DNA of 22,292 nucleotides. It comes from Candidatus Hermodarchaeota archaeon. Lineage in GTDB: Archaea > Asgardarchaeota > Hermodarchaeia > Hermodarchaeales > Hermodarchaeaceae. The notes below the pieces were generated by a model, which saw only the letters and a list, made by a program, of their open reading frames with translations, searched no databases and was not told the DNA's origin. Of this stretch, positions 1 to 8,461 are shown piece after piece; the first letter of the stretch is position 1; the number at the start of each line of letters is the position of its first letter. Where the stretch lies: contig JAEOTO010000014.1 of the NCBI GenBank assembly GCA_016839805.1, forward strand, positions 1-22,292, given 5' to 3'. A program made the position numbers and the translations under genes.

Positions 1-2
1 AA

Positions 3-938
3 GAAAGGCTGGCTAAATCCACAGTCATTGTAGCAGGTATTGGTGCTTTAGGGACCATTGTTGCGTTAGACCTTGTATTAACTGGAATTGGTAAAGTCGT
101 CGTTATCGATTTTGACACCATTGAGCTATCCAACCTAAGTCGACAATTCCTATACGGAGACGAGGATGTCGGAAAATCAAAAGCTGTCATTGCCGGACAA
201 CACCTACGGGAATTGAACCCAGATGTGCAGGTCCTTGCTCTGAATAGTTCGATCCAAGAAGTTCGTCATTCTATTTACGAAGAGGCAGACCTCATTATTG
301 ACGGACTGGATACCTTTGAGGCCCGCCGATGGCTGAATTCCCTGTGCGTTCATAAAAACAAAGTTCTCATTCATGGTGGAATGTATGGCTGGTGGGGCAA
401 CGTTCAACGTGTAGTACCCTTTGAGACTGCATGCATCGAATGCCAACCTCTAGTGCCAGTTGAGCGATTGCAAAAAGCCTGTACACCACCTGGTGAACGT
501 CGAAAAACCGAAGAACCTCCACCCAAATTTCCTGCACTTCTTAGTATCGCGACTGTTATTGCCGGAATCCAATTCCAAGAAGCACTCAAACACCTCTTAG
601 GTGTTGGAATTCCCCTTGATAATTATCTCTTTTATGATGGCCTCCACCAACAGTTTACTACACTAAAACTTGCGCGTAATCCCAACTGTTTCCTATGCAG
701 TGACCGATACAGAGTAAAGGGTGAAATTTATGCGTTAGGTAGAAAGGAAACCGTGGCTGAACTAAAAAACCGCCTAATCATGAGTTTCGGACTTCAAGCC
801 CCGCGAATCATCCTTCGGGGTAGAGTACTTTCAGACGATCAAATACTAGGAAAATTACGGCTTAAAGAAAAAGAATCATTATTTATTCTTGATACCGCTC
901 TCGCTCAACCACTCAAACTCTTAGCAATGTTCAAATAA
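3..938 (+). CDS. Ubiquitin-activating enzyme E1-like (ThiF/MoeB/UBA family) with C-terminal ubiquitin-like fold, 5'-truncated by the window edge
   Basis: The frame of ORF 213..938 stays open back to position 3: ERLAKSTVIVAGIGALG (GxGxxG), DFDTIELSNLSRQFLY...VGKSK (adenylation signature), GLD...R, CIEC and CFLC Zn pairs, and ACT (candidate catalytic Cys). The tail TVAELK...RIILRGRVLSDDQIL looks ubiquitin-like. Confidence 0.93.
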   Translation, partial: ERLAKSTVIVAGIGALGTIVALDLVLTGIGKVVVIDFDTIELSNLSRQFLYGDEDVGKSKAVIAGQHLRELNPDVQVLALNSSIQEVRHSIYEEADLIIDGLDTFEARRWLNSLCVHKNKVLIHGGMYGWWGNVQRVVPFETACIECQPLVPVERLQKACTPPGERRKTEEPPPKFPALLSIATVIAGIQFQEALKHLLGVGIPLDNYLFYDGLHQQFTTLKLARNPNCFLCSDRYRVKGEIYALGRKETVAELKNRLIMSFGLQAPRIILRGRVLSDDQILGKLRLKEKESLFILDTALAQPLKLLAMFK

Positions 939-1701
939 TCGGGATTACTGTTGCTCGGACCAAAATCGCGACAACTATTACGAACACTGTTACACTGAAA
1001 GTGATGAGCAGCGCATTTCCTGTAGATAATCGATACCGTTCACGAATGCCCATGGAAATTAGAACAGCGCCCCAAAGCAATGCCAATGAGGCAAGACCAT
1101 ATACTACAAGCCAAATTGGATTAAGATACAATGGTGCAAGATATCCAGAGGTCGTATAGGGAAGAAACAACATTAGCAAGCCAAAGGAAAGAAGATTGAC
1201 AAACAAGAATGGCAACAGGGCATATTGACCGAGGAGAAAGGTTTCTGATAGATCTCCCTCACGCCCTGATAGGTTGACAATGATGTGGATAACACCAAAG
1301 TAAAATAGATTCAGGAGCATATAGAATAAGCAGAGGACGAAGAGGACACCAGTAAATCCCCACACGAGTCCTGGGGCAGGATTTACTATATGGTTTACCA
1401 TTGCCACGTACCAAAGAGAAATAGCAAGTAAATTCCCAAGAAAAATTAGCAATGGACCTTTGCGATCTGGTTCATGAGCAATATCCCAAAAGGCGACAGC
1501 TGGAAAACGTAGAACCCCCCATAGCCGCTGTCGTAAGGTTAGTCGACTTTCCCATTGTTTTTCAGGTCGTCGCATGAAAGGAAGAATGCGTTCGAATTGC
1601 TCAGTGCGGAAGCGATACCCACATTGAGGACATACAGCATCCTGTGCATCTACTCGAATCAAACATTCAGGACACCTTAATTTGGACAAACGTAACCACA
1701 C
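931..1701 (-). CDS. Yip1-domain membrane protein with N-terminal zinc ribbon
   Basis: N-terminal CPEC...CPQCG. LWGVLRFPAVAFWDIAHEPD..GPLLI is typical of the Yip1 N-terminal segment, followed by about 5 hydrophobic helices and W...L...GIR.RYRLS..NA. Converges on the E1 gene with an 8-bp overlap. Exact start uncertain. Confidence 0.8.
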   Translation of the reverse strand: MWLRLSKLRCPECLIRVDAQDAVCPQCGYRFRTEQFERILPFMRRPEKQWESRLTLRQRLWGVLRFPAVAFWDIAHEPDRKGPLLIFLGNLLAISLWYVAMVNHIVNPAPGLVWGFTGVLFVLCLFYMLLNLFYFGVIHIIVNLSGREGDLSETFLLGQYALLPFLFVNLLSFGLLMLFLPYTTSGYLAPLYLNPIWLVVYGLASLALLWGAVLISMGIRERYRLSTGNALLITFSVTVFVIVVAILVRATVIPII

Positions 1702-1833
1702 TCAATAATCAAAAAATGGAGAGAGACTTTATTTGCTTTCGCTTTGACACTCACGAAGAAGTGTTTGCGTTAGGAGCCCTCAATTTGAATTCTATAATGA
1801 AAACAGACTGAATTTCTCGGGCACAAAAGTTGC

Positions 1834-1850
1834 GACGAAAGGTTTAAGTT
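1834..1850 (+). promoter_or_regulatory. Putative archaeal promoter (BRE + TATA) for leuS
   Basis: gacgaaaggTTTAAGtt has a purine-rich BRE-like run directly before a TATA-like box. An SD-like aaggag lies about 10 nt before the GTG at 2019. Confidence 0.5.
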
Positions 1851-2018
1851 ATGAGGTATTACTCCTTTCTTCGAAGTGATCCCTATGGGGTATGACTTTC
1901 TCAGGCCAATGTAATAATTTTCGGGTACGTATGATATACCTCAGGTTACGGAGGGGATCGCGACGAATAACAAGCATTTTCAAAGCGATTTTTTACAGCG
2001 AAAAGGAGATTTGATACT

Positions 2019-4913
2019 GTGATTGACTCAAAGGAAATTGAATCAAAATGGCAGATGCGTTGGCGTGAAGCCAAGGCCTTTGAAGCGGACCCTAATCCAC
2101 AGAGACCCAAATTCTATCTAACGGTACCCTATCCTTATGCTAATGCCCCAATGCATGTGGGTCATGGACGAACCTATACTATCGGTGATATCATCGCCCG
2201 CTACAAACGTATGCAAGGATACAACGTCCTATACCCAATGGCTGCACACGTTACAGGTACCCCAGTATCAGGTGTCGCCAATCGAATTCGAGACAAAGAC
2301 CCAGAAGTACTAAAGTTATACAGATCCAATATCGCAATCTGGCGTCCAAAGAAAGACGTTGACACGGTGCTGGCGACATTTATTGACCCCATGGCAATCG
2401 CTCAGTTCTTTTCTAGCGCAATCGAAGGTGACCTTCGAAAATTAGGTTATTCAATTGACTGGCGGCGAAACTTTACAACCAACGATCCCGAATACAAAGC
2501 TTTCATTACCTGGCAGTTTAAACACCTGCATCAATTAGGCTACATTACAAAGGGTAGTTATCCAGTTCTATTTTGTGTTAATTGCGGTAATGCCGTGGGT
2601 GAAGATGACCTATTACAAGGCGAACATGCTAAAATCGCTGAATTCGTTGCTATCAAATTCCCCTTTGAGGATGGCTATTTGATTGCCGCAACCCTCCGAC
2701 CTGAAACAGTTTATGGAGTAACCAATGTTTGGATTAATCCGAATACAACCTACATCAAAATCCAAGTAAATGAGGAAATTTGGTTTGTGGCTCAACCCGC
2801 CGTCCGAAAGCTGGTTAATCAAAGATATCAATCGAAACGTCTGGATGAAATTCCAGGGACAGAGTTTATTGGAAAAACATGTAAATCGCCTGTTGAAGAG
2901 AGGGAGTTACTGATTCTTCCAGCAGAATTTGTTGACCCAGAGAATGCAACAGGTATTGTTTATAGTGTTCCATCTCATGCCCCCTTTGATTGGGCGGCAC
3001 TACGAGATATTCAGAAATCAAAGAAAGCACTTCAGGGATTCAAGCTAGACTTTGATGCCATTAAAGCGATTGAGCCAATCTCAATCATCGCCATTGAAGG
3101 TTATGGTGAACACCCGGCCATTGAACTCGTTGATAAGTTGAAAATTAAAGACCAGAAATCAATCACTAAATTAAACGAAGCCACAGAAACCCTCTATCGC
3201 GCTGAGTTCTATGAAGGAGTAATGAAAGACAATACTGGACCCTTCGCTGGACGCAAAGTCAGCCAAATCAAAGATGATGTCATCAGTTTTCTACAAGAAC
3301 AAAACCTGGCTTTCCAATTTTTCCAACCTGACCAAAAGCCAGTTACATGTCGTTGTGGCAACGATGTTGTAGTTGCGGTGCTTCCCGACCAGTGGTTTAT
3401 CAACTACGGAGATCTTCAATGGAAGACCCAGGCTAGAAAAGCATTAGACCAGATGTTTATCTTCCCAGAAGTTTATCGACGGTTATTTGAATCAACCTTT
3501 GACTGGCTAAAAGAGCGCCCAGCGGCCCGAAGGCGAGGTCTAGGAACACGTCTCCCGTTTGATAAAAAATGGGTCATAGAAGCGCTCTCCGACTCAACAA
3601 TTTACATGGCTTTTTATCTACTCATCCACCACATCCGAGCAAATCAAATTACCCCACAACAGTTAAGCTATGTTTTCTTCGATTATGTGCTTTTAGGAAA
3701 GGGTGATGTTGCCAAGATTGCTGAAAAATCGAAAATTCCTGAGGAAACATTAGTCGAAATTCGAAAAGAAGTCGAATACTGGTATCCAAACGATTTACGC
3801 CACACAGCCGTAGGTCACATCCCGAATCACCTTTCCTTCTTCATCTTCCACCACACAGCCATCTTTCCGGAGCAATATTGGCCAAAAGCAATCACATTGA
3901 ATGAATTTGTAATCCGTGAAGGCGAAAAGATGAGTAAAAGTAAAGGCAACTTTATACCAATGGCTGAAATCCCCCGACGATATAGTGCAGACCTTTACCG
4001 ACTGTATATTAGCCAAATTGGAGATTTACAGTCCATTATTGATTGGAAGGAAAAGGATGTAAACACAGCACGTCGCCGATTGAACCGGCTCATTCGAATC
4101 TTCTCTGATGCCTCTAAAATACCAGACACACCCATCGATGAGATAAAACTTAGCATGACAAGTCGATGGATCCTGTCAAAAATTAACACCACAATTCGAG
4201 ACGCCACCGAATCTCTTGAGAACTTCCGATTCCGTACTTACATCTTACAAACCTTCTTCCAGCTACTGAACCATGTCGAATTCTATTTACGTCGGGTGAA
4301 AAAGACCAGTCCAGAACGAAATCCGGTATTACGATACGTCGTTACAATATGGATTAAACTACTAACACCGGTAATGCCTCACTTGTGTGAAGAAATCTGG
4401 GAACGATTAGGTAGCATTTCCTTTGTCTCTTTAGAGAACTGGCCAATCCCCGAGGAAAAATTCATTGATGAAAAAATTGAGAAAGCCATGGACGTTGTAA
4501 AACAGACAATCGATGACATAAAAGAAATCAAAGGACTCCTAAAGGACAAAAAAATTGGCACTGTCCATATCTTCGTTAGTCCCGCTTGGAAGTACAGTGC
4601 CTTTAAGAAACTTATCAAAGCAGGTGCACCGCCCACTACGAAGGATTTGATGCAGATTCTGATGAAAGATGCCAAGTTACAGAAACGCGGAAAGGAAGTC
4701 AATGAATTAGTTCAGGCAATTGCAAAAGCCGGTGGTTACTGGACCTTTGTGGATAAAGCCACGGAGAAGAATGTCTTGACTGAAAACCGTGATCTCATCC
4801 AAGCTGAAACAGGATTGACTGTTGAAATCCAAGATGGCGATAAACCAAAAAAGTACCCAAAGAACCGTGCAGCCAAAGCGTTGCCCGGTCGCCCAGCCCT
4901 ATTCTTAGAATGA
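2019..4913 (+). CDS. leuS: Leucine--tRNA ligase (archaeal/eukaryotic type)
   Basis: PYPYANAPMHVGH (HIGH), IDWRR.FTT.DP.Y..FI.WQF, CP1 editing domain ATLRPET...GIVYSVPSHAPFD, KMSKSKGN, C-terminal KALPGRPAL; 964 aa. Confidence 0.98.
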   Translation: MIDSKEIESKWQMRWREAKAFEADPNPQRPKFYLTVPYPYANAPMHVGHGRTYTIGDIIARYKRMQGYNVLYPMAAHVTGTPVSGVANRIRDKDPEVLKLYRSNIAIWRPKKDVDTVLATFIDPMAIAQFFSSAIEGDLRKLGYSIDWRRNFTTNDPEYKAFITWQFKHLHQLGYITKGSYPVLFCVNCGNAVGEDDLLQGEHAKIAEFVAIKFPFEDGYLIAATLRPETVYGVTNVWINPNTTYIKIQVNEEIWFVAQPAVRKLVNQRYQSKRLDEIPGTEFIGKTCKSPVEERELLILPAEFVDPENATGIVYSVPSHAPFDWAALRDIQKSKKALQGFKLDFDAIKAIEPISIIAIEGYGEHPAIELVDKLKIKDQKSITKLNEATETLYRAEFYEGVMKDNTGPFAGRKVSQIKDDVISFLQEQNLAFQFFQPDQKPVTCRCGNDVVVAVLPDQWFINYGDLQWKTQARKALDQMFIFPEVYRRLFESTFDWLKERPAARRRGLGTRLPFDKKWVIEALSDSTIYMAFYLLIHHIRANQITPQQLSYVFFDYVLLGKGDVAKIAEKSKIPEETLVEIRKEVEYWYPNDLRHTAVGHIPNHLSFFIFHHTAIFPEQYWPKAITLNEFVIREGEKMSKSKGNFIPMAEIPRRYSADLYRLYISQIGDLQSIIDWKEKDVNTARRRLNRLIRIFSDASKIPDTPIDEIKLSMTSRWILSKINTTIRDATESLENFRFRTYILQTFFQLLNHVEFYLRRVKKTSPERNPVLRYVVTIWIKLLTPVMPHLCEEIWERLGSISFVSLENWPIPEEKFIDEKIEKAMDVVKQTIDDIKEIKGLLKDKKIGTVHIFVSPAWKYSAFKKLIKAGAPPTTKDLMQILMKDAKLQKRGKEVNELVQAIAKAGGYWTFVDKATEKNVLTENRDLIQAETGLTVEIQDGDKPKKYPKNRAAKALPGRPALFLE

Positions 4914-4917
4914 TTCC

Positions 4918-5109
4918 CTATGCGACTCGTCGACCATACTGGTGGGTTTCAGTACTAGTTTCGCCCAATGGCCATTCATGCTCACACTTGGGGCACTTGG
5001 CGTACCCACAATTTCCAATTGTGGCTGAGGGACAGTTACCACAGGCCATGATGCGACCATAACTTGTATCAAATCGAAACCCACATTTTGGGCAGACGAC
5101 GACAGTCAT
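4918..5109 (-). CDS. Small Cys-rich zinc-finger/metal-binding protein
   Basis: 63 aa with CPKC, CGNC, an extra C and CPKC (7 Cys). Fills the gap exactly and is co-oriented downstream of the metal-binding protein gene. Confidence 0.8.
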   Translation of the reverse strand: MTVVVCPKCGFRFDTSYGRIMACGNCPSATIGNCGYAKCPKCEHEWPLGETSTETHQYGRRVA

Positions 5110-5145
5110 GGCTCAAATCGCTCCGGGGCTTCCTCTTTATGCCTG

Positions 5146-5160
5146 GTAAAAAGGTTTTCG
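5146..5160 (-). promoter_or_regulatory. Putative BRE-TATA promoter for the small Cys-rich gene
   Basis: Minus strand reads cgaaaaccTTTTTAc, about 40 nt upstream of the ATG at 5109. Confidence 0.4.
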
Positions 5161-5165
5161 GAGAG

Positions 5166-6188
5166 TTAATCCTCTGAACGTGTGCATCGGATAAGGAGAA
5201 CTAACTCGATAACGGCAATGACACCCAAGACTGCAGCGATAATAATAATTGGCATGCTGATTGTTAGAAGATCAATAGCCGGTGGTATCCCACTACTGAC
5301 TCCCGTTACCACAACACCAGTATTGTATCCCATTATTCCAATGTAGTCTTCTAGGATAGAGAAGACGATTCGGACCCAAACAATCGGAACCCCTGAATCA
5401 GAGGATAATTGTTGAGCAAATTCACCTGCAGCTTGAAGCCGGGCAACATCTGACGCTAGAATCAGATTAATTGAACCATTTCTAAGTGCCTGTTCTACCG
5501 TGACGAGTTCAGGTCCAGAGATGAAGATATTCTCACCCTTCATGAGTAATCCTTTCACCTGAAGTCCTAAGGTGTCGGCAATGTAAGCTTCTGCAGGAAA
5601 TGTGATTATTACCTGTTTATTGGAGAGTTGATATTGTAGTTGTTGTTCAGCAATGAACACCTCGAGTTCTGCGAGCTTGGAGACAAACTCATCAAATCGG
5701 TTTTGCCAATATTGGGTATATGTTGAGTTTAAAGAAGTGCACAAATTCCTTGTGGCGTTGGCGATGGCTTTGGCGTTTTGAGGTGAGAGCCAATATCCAT
5801 GAAGATTTTGATCAGGCTCATGTAGGGGAAGCAGGTCTGCGCCAAACGCTAGATAATCATCAAGGGTGACATGAGGTTTCCCAACTAATGTAGCAAGCTC
5901 CTCTTCCCATTCAAAGTGCCCAGTTAGGACTAACATGTCAGCCGTATTAGCTACATCGATAACAGCTTGCGTGAGTGAAAACGCATGGGGTTCAACTCCT
6001 TCCGGTAGAAGAACAGACACCTCCGTTTGTTCTCCACCTACTTCTCGCACAATTCCAGCGAGGGATTGAATGGAAACTGCAATCCTCAAAGCCGGAGTTG
6101 TTTGTGCTGAGGTGCTGTGAAATATTCCAAGTGCACTAAGACTTAGAGTCATTATTCCAATTAGTGCAAGTAACTGGTTTCGACGCAT
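5166..6188 (-). CDS. Metal ABC transporter substrate-binding protein (ZnuA/TroA, cluster A-I) with signal peptide and C-terminal membrane anchor
   Basis: Signal peptide; LLPEGVEPHAF, ADML..G..EW and NLHGYWLSP.NA motifs; C-terminal hydrophobic helix. Confidence 0.9.
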   Translation of the reverse strand: MRRNQLLALIGIMTLSLSALGIFHSTSAQTTPALRIAVSIQSLAGIVREVGGEQTEVSVLLPEGVEPHAFSLTQAVIDVANTADMLVLTGHFEWEEELATLVGKPHVTLDDYLAFGADLLPLHEPDQNLHGYWLSPQNAKAIANATRNLCTSLNSTYTQYWQNRFDEFVSKLAELEVFIAEQQLQYQLSNKQVIITFPAEAYIADTLGLQVKGLLMKGENIFISGPELVTVEQALRNGSINLILASDVARLQAAGEFAQQLSSDSGVPIVWVRIVFSILEDYIGIMGYNTGVVVTGVSSGIPPAIDLLTISMPIIIIAAVLGVIAVIELVLLIRCTRSED

Positions 6189-6220
6189 TGTAATCGCCTT
6201 TGTTTAGATCTGTCACTTTT

Positions 6221-6289
6221 GTTATTAACTTCCAAAGCATTTTTTAATAATCCCGAATATTAATAATCTTTCGGGTATTTTTAATAATC
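6221..6289. promoter_or_regulatory. Divergent promoter/operator region with repeated TTAATAATC boxes and an inverted repeat
   Basis: TTAATAATC at 6244-6252, 6260-6268 and 6281-6289; inverted near-copy GTTATTAA at 6221-6228; CCCGAA(6252-6257)/TTCGGG(6270-6275) inverted pair. Confidence 0.6.
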
Positions 6290-6310
6290 AATACGCTTCA
6301 TGGTGTTGTT

Positions 6311-6703
6311 ATGCCGATTATCAGCATCTCGTTAGATGACCAGGATCTTCAGATTCTCGACCACCTTCAATCCATGGGCGGATTTACAAATCGATCAGAT
6401 CTACTACGCCAAGCCGTCCGGATCCTTGCTAACGAGGTCCAAGAGCTAGAAAAACTCACCGGCAAAGTATCAGCAGTGCTAACTGTTGTCTACGGGAAAA
6501 AGGGGAAAGGTATCGAGAGTAATTTTGTGCTGCATCGTCAGGCCACCCTCATTGATGCTCTACTCCATTCTCATACAGTGGACGGGAAGTGCATTGAAGT
6601 AATTGTAGTAAATGGTCCAGCCAAGGATGTACGCGAGTTAGTGAAGATGCTTAAGACGAATCGCAAAATCCGCACAGTGAAAGTATCAGTTATTGGAGAG
6701 TAG
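6311..6703 (+). CDS. nikR: NikR-family metal-responsive transcriptional regulator (RHH + ACT-like domain)
   Basis: MPIISISL...NRSDLLRQAV ribbon-helix-helix. H...HSH-x5-C-IE matches the spacing of the E. coli NikR ligands H76/H87/H89/C95. Confidence 0.88.
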   Translation: MPIISISLDDQDLQILDHLQSMGGFTNRSDLLRQAVRILANEVQELEKLTGKVSAVLTVVYGKKGKGIESNFVLHRQATLIDALLHSHTVDGKCIEVIVVNGPAKDVRELVKMLKTNRKIRTVKVSVIGE

Positions 6704-6707
6704 GTAT

Positions 6708-7517
6708 ATGAGCACGCAACCCCCCCTCATTGAAGCCGAAAATCTCTCGGTGAAATACTCAAATGGTGACCTCGCTCTTGAGGATGTCACCTTTACCATC
6801 GATTCCTCGACTTTCCTGGCAGTAATTGGGCCAAATGGTTCAGGGAAAAGCACACTTCTGAAAACGATGCTAGGACTTCTCAAACCTAATGAAGGTTCAA
6901 TAAAGGTGCTCGGATATGACGCAAAACGCGCATACAAGACCATTCGTCACCTAGTACGGTATGTCCCACAGCGTGACCAAATTGAACACACTGTGCCCAT
7001 GAAAGTCAAAGATATTGTACTTATGGGACGATTATTGAAGAAACCACCACCACGGTTTTCAACTACCAAGGATTCCGAATGTGCAAAAGCGGCCCTTCAT
7101 CGTGTGGGTTTAGATGAATTATGGAACCAGCCATTTCCCGAACTCTCAGGAGGGCAACGCCAACGGGTTCTTGTGGCGCGAGCCTTAGCAGGTGAAGGCC
7201 CCGTTATGATGTTAGATGAACCCATGTCAGGTGCGGATCACGATAGCCAAGTCCGAATTGTTGAAGCCCTTCAAGAATACTATAATGAAAATCAGGTCAA
7301 CATCATCATGGTTACACACGATCTCAACCCAATTCACATGGTTGTCAAAGACGTCTTGATGCTGAATCGGACCGTAATGGGAGTAGGGCATCCCTGCGCC
7401 ATTATGGATCTTGATCTTGTCAAACAGGTCTACGGACCAACAGCAAAAATTGTTGAACTAGACGGTCACAAATACTGCATCACCCACGATTCCGGAATTG
7501 ACCGCCATGATCATTGA
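6708..7517 (+). CDS. Metal ABC transporter ATP-binding protein (ZnuC/MntA-like)
   Basis: GPNGSGKST, YVPQ, LSGGQRQR, LDEP, VTHD; His-rich tail. The in-frame ATG at 6708 is preferred to the TTG at 6693. Confidence 0.95.
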   Translation: MSTQPPLIEAENLSVKYSNGDLALEDVTFTIDSSTFLAVIGPNGSGKSTLLKTMLGLLKPNEGSIKVLGYDAKRAYKTIRHLVRYVPQRDQIEHTVPMKVKDIVLMGRLLKKPPPRFSTTKDSECAKAALHRVGLDELWNQPFPELSGGQRQRVLVARALAGEGPVMMLDEPMSGADHDSQVRIVEALQEYYNENQVNIIMVTHDLNPIHMVVKDVLMLNRTVMGVGHPCAIMDLDLVKQVYGPTAKIVELDGHKYCITHDSGIDRHDH

Positions 7518-8358
7518 CATCATTAGCTTAATTGCATCATCTCCAGTGATGCAACGAGCTCTCCTTGCAACCGTATTAGTCGCAGTAATTGCCGCAACTA
7601 GTGGTACTTTCATGGTATTCCGAGGATTATCTTTCTTAACATCGGGTGTCGCTCATGCAGCCCTTGGAGGCGCTTCATTAGGATTGTTTCTCCAGGCCAC
7701 CGGAATTGCACCCTGGTTCGATCCTATCCTTGGAGCCGTTATTTTCGCGGTTTTTGTTGCTCTTTTAACAGCGTATGCCGGAGAAAGAGGAGTCGCTCAA
7801 AGGATGGAGGTCGCCGTAGGTGTGTCATTTGCCTTATCTATGAGTCTAGCTGTGTTTCTAATGTACTATCTCCCACCAACCATGATCCCCCAGATATGGG
7901 GTTACCTAATTGGCGACATTCTTCTTCTTGATAATTTGGATATTGTGTTATTAGTCGGAACGGCACTTTCTCTAGTATTGCTTGTAATTCTATTCAAGAA
8001 AGAGTTCGTGTACGTCAGCATCGATATGGAGGGATCGACCGCTCATGGCATGAACGCACGAGGATACCACTACCTAATGCTCATTTTTGCAGCTGTCGCT
8101 ATCGCTCTGACAACAAAAGCAGTTGGCGCAATCTTGGTATATGCGGTTCTTGTTGCTCCAGCGGCCGCATCCAATGAGATTTTAAAAACTGTAAATAGTG
8201 TAATCATTGGAGTCTTTGTTATCGCATTAGCATCAATGCTTGCAGGCCTAGCTGGGTCATTTACCATTCTTGCCTCTCCAAGTGCCATTGCAGGACTCAT
8301 CGCAGCCCTTTCCTACATTATCGCCATCCAAATAAAACGATTCACAAGAAAAGATTAG
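7507..8358 (+). CDS. Metal ABC transporter permease (ZnuB/ABC-3 family)
   Basis: G.F.V.RGLSFL...AHAALGG, YLIGDIL, D...A.G and VGAILV.A.LVAPAAA; multiple TM helices. The ATG at 7507 overlaps the end of the ATPase gene. Confidence 0.95.
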   Translation: MIIDIISLIASSPVMQRALLATVLVAVIAATSGTFMVFRGLSFLTSGVAHAALGGASLGLFLQATGIAPWFDPILGAVIFAVFVALLTAYAGERGVAQRMEVAVGVSFALSMSLAVFLMYYLPPTMIPQIWGYLIGDILLLDNLDIVLLVGTALSLVLLVILFKKEFVYVSIDMEGSTAHGMNARGYHYLMLIFAAVAIALTTKAVGAILVYAVLVAPAAASNEILKTVNSVIIGVFVIALASMLAGLAGSFTILASPSAIAGLIAALSYIIAIQIKRFTRKD

Positions 8359-8461
8359 CTGAAACCCCCTAAAACTGGCAAAGTAATATTTCACGTATAA
8401 ATTCGGTTTTACCACCTTTTATTAGAGATGCTTCCAGCCTTTTATTTGGAGAGCTGAGTCC

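Noticed and set aside
213-938. ORF-track start at TTG 213
   Set aside because: The frame is open to the window edge and encodes the essential nucleotide-binding motifs upstream of 213, so the true start lies outside the window.
1887-1942. ATGAC...TGAT resembling a eukaryote/Loki-type SECIS core
   Set aside because: The helix above the core pairs poorly, and no adjacent same-strand gene with an in-frame TGA was seen.
2201-4702. Short minus-strand ORFs within leuS
   Set aside because: They are antisense shadows of a conserved essential gene.
6244-6289. Triple TTAATAATC as a mini-CRISPR or tandem repeat
   Set aside because: The units are only 9 bp with 7- and 12-bp gaps, which is better explained as operator/TATA elements.
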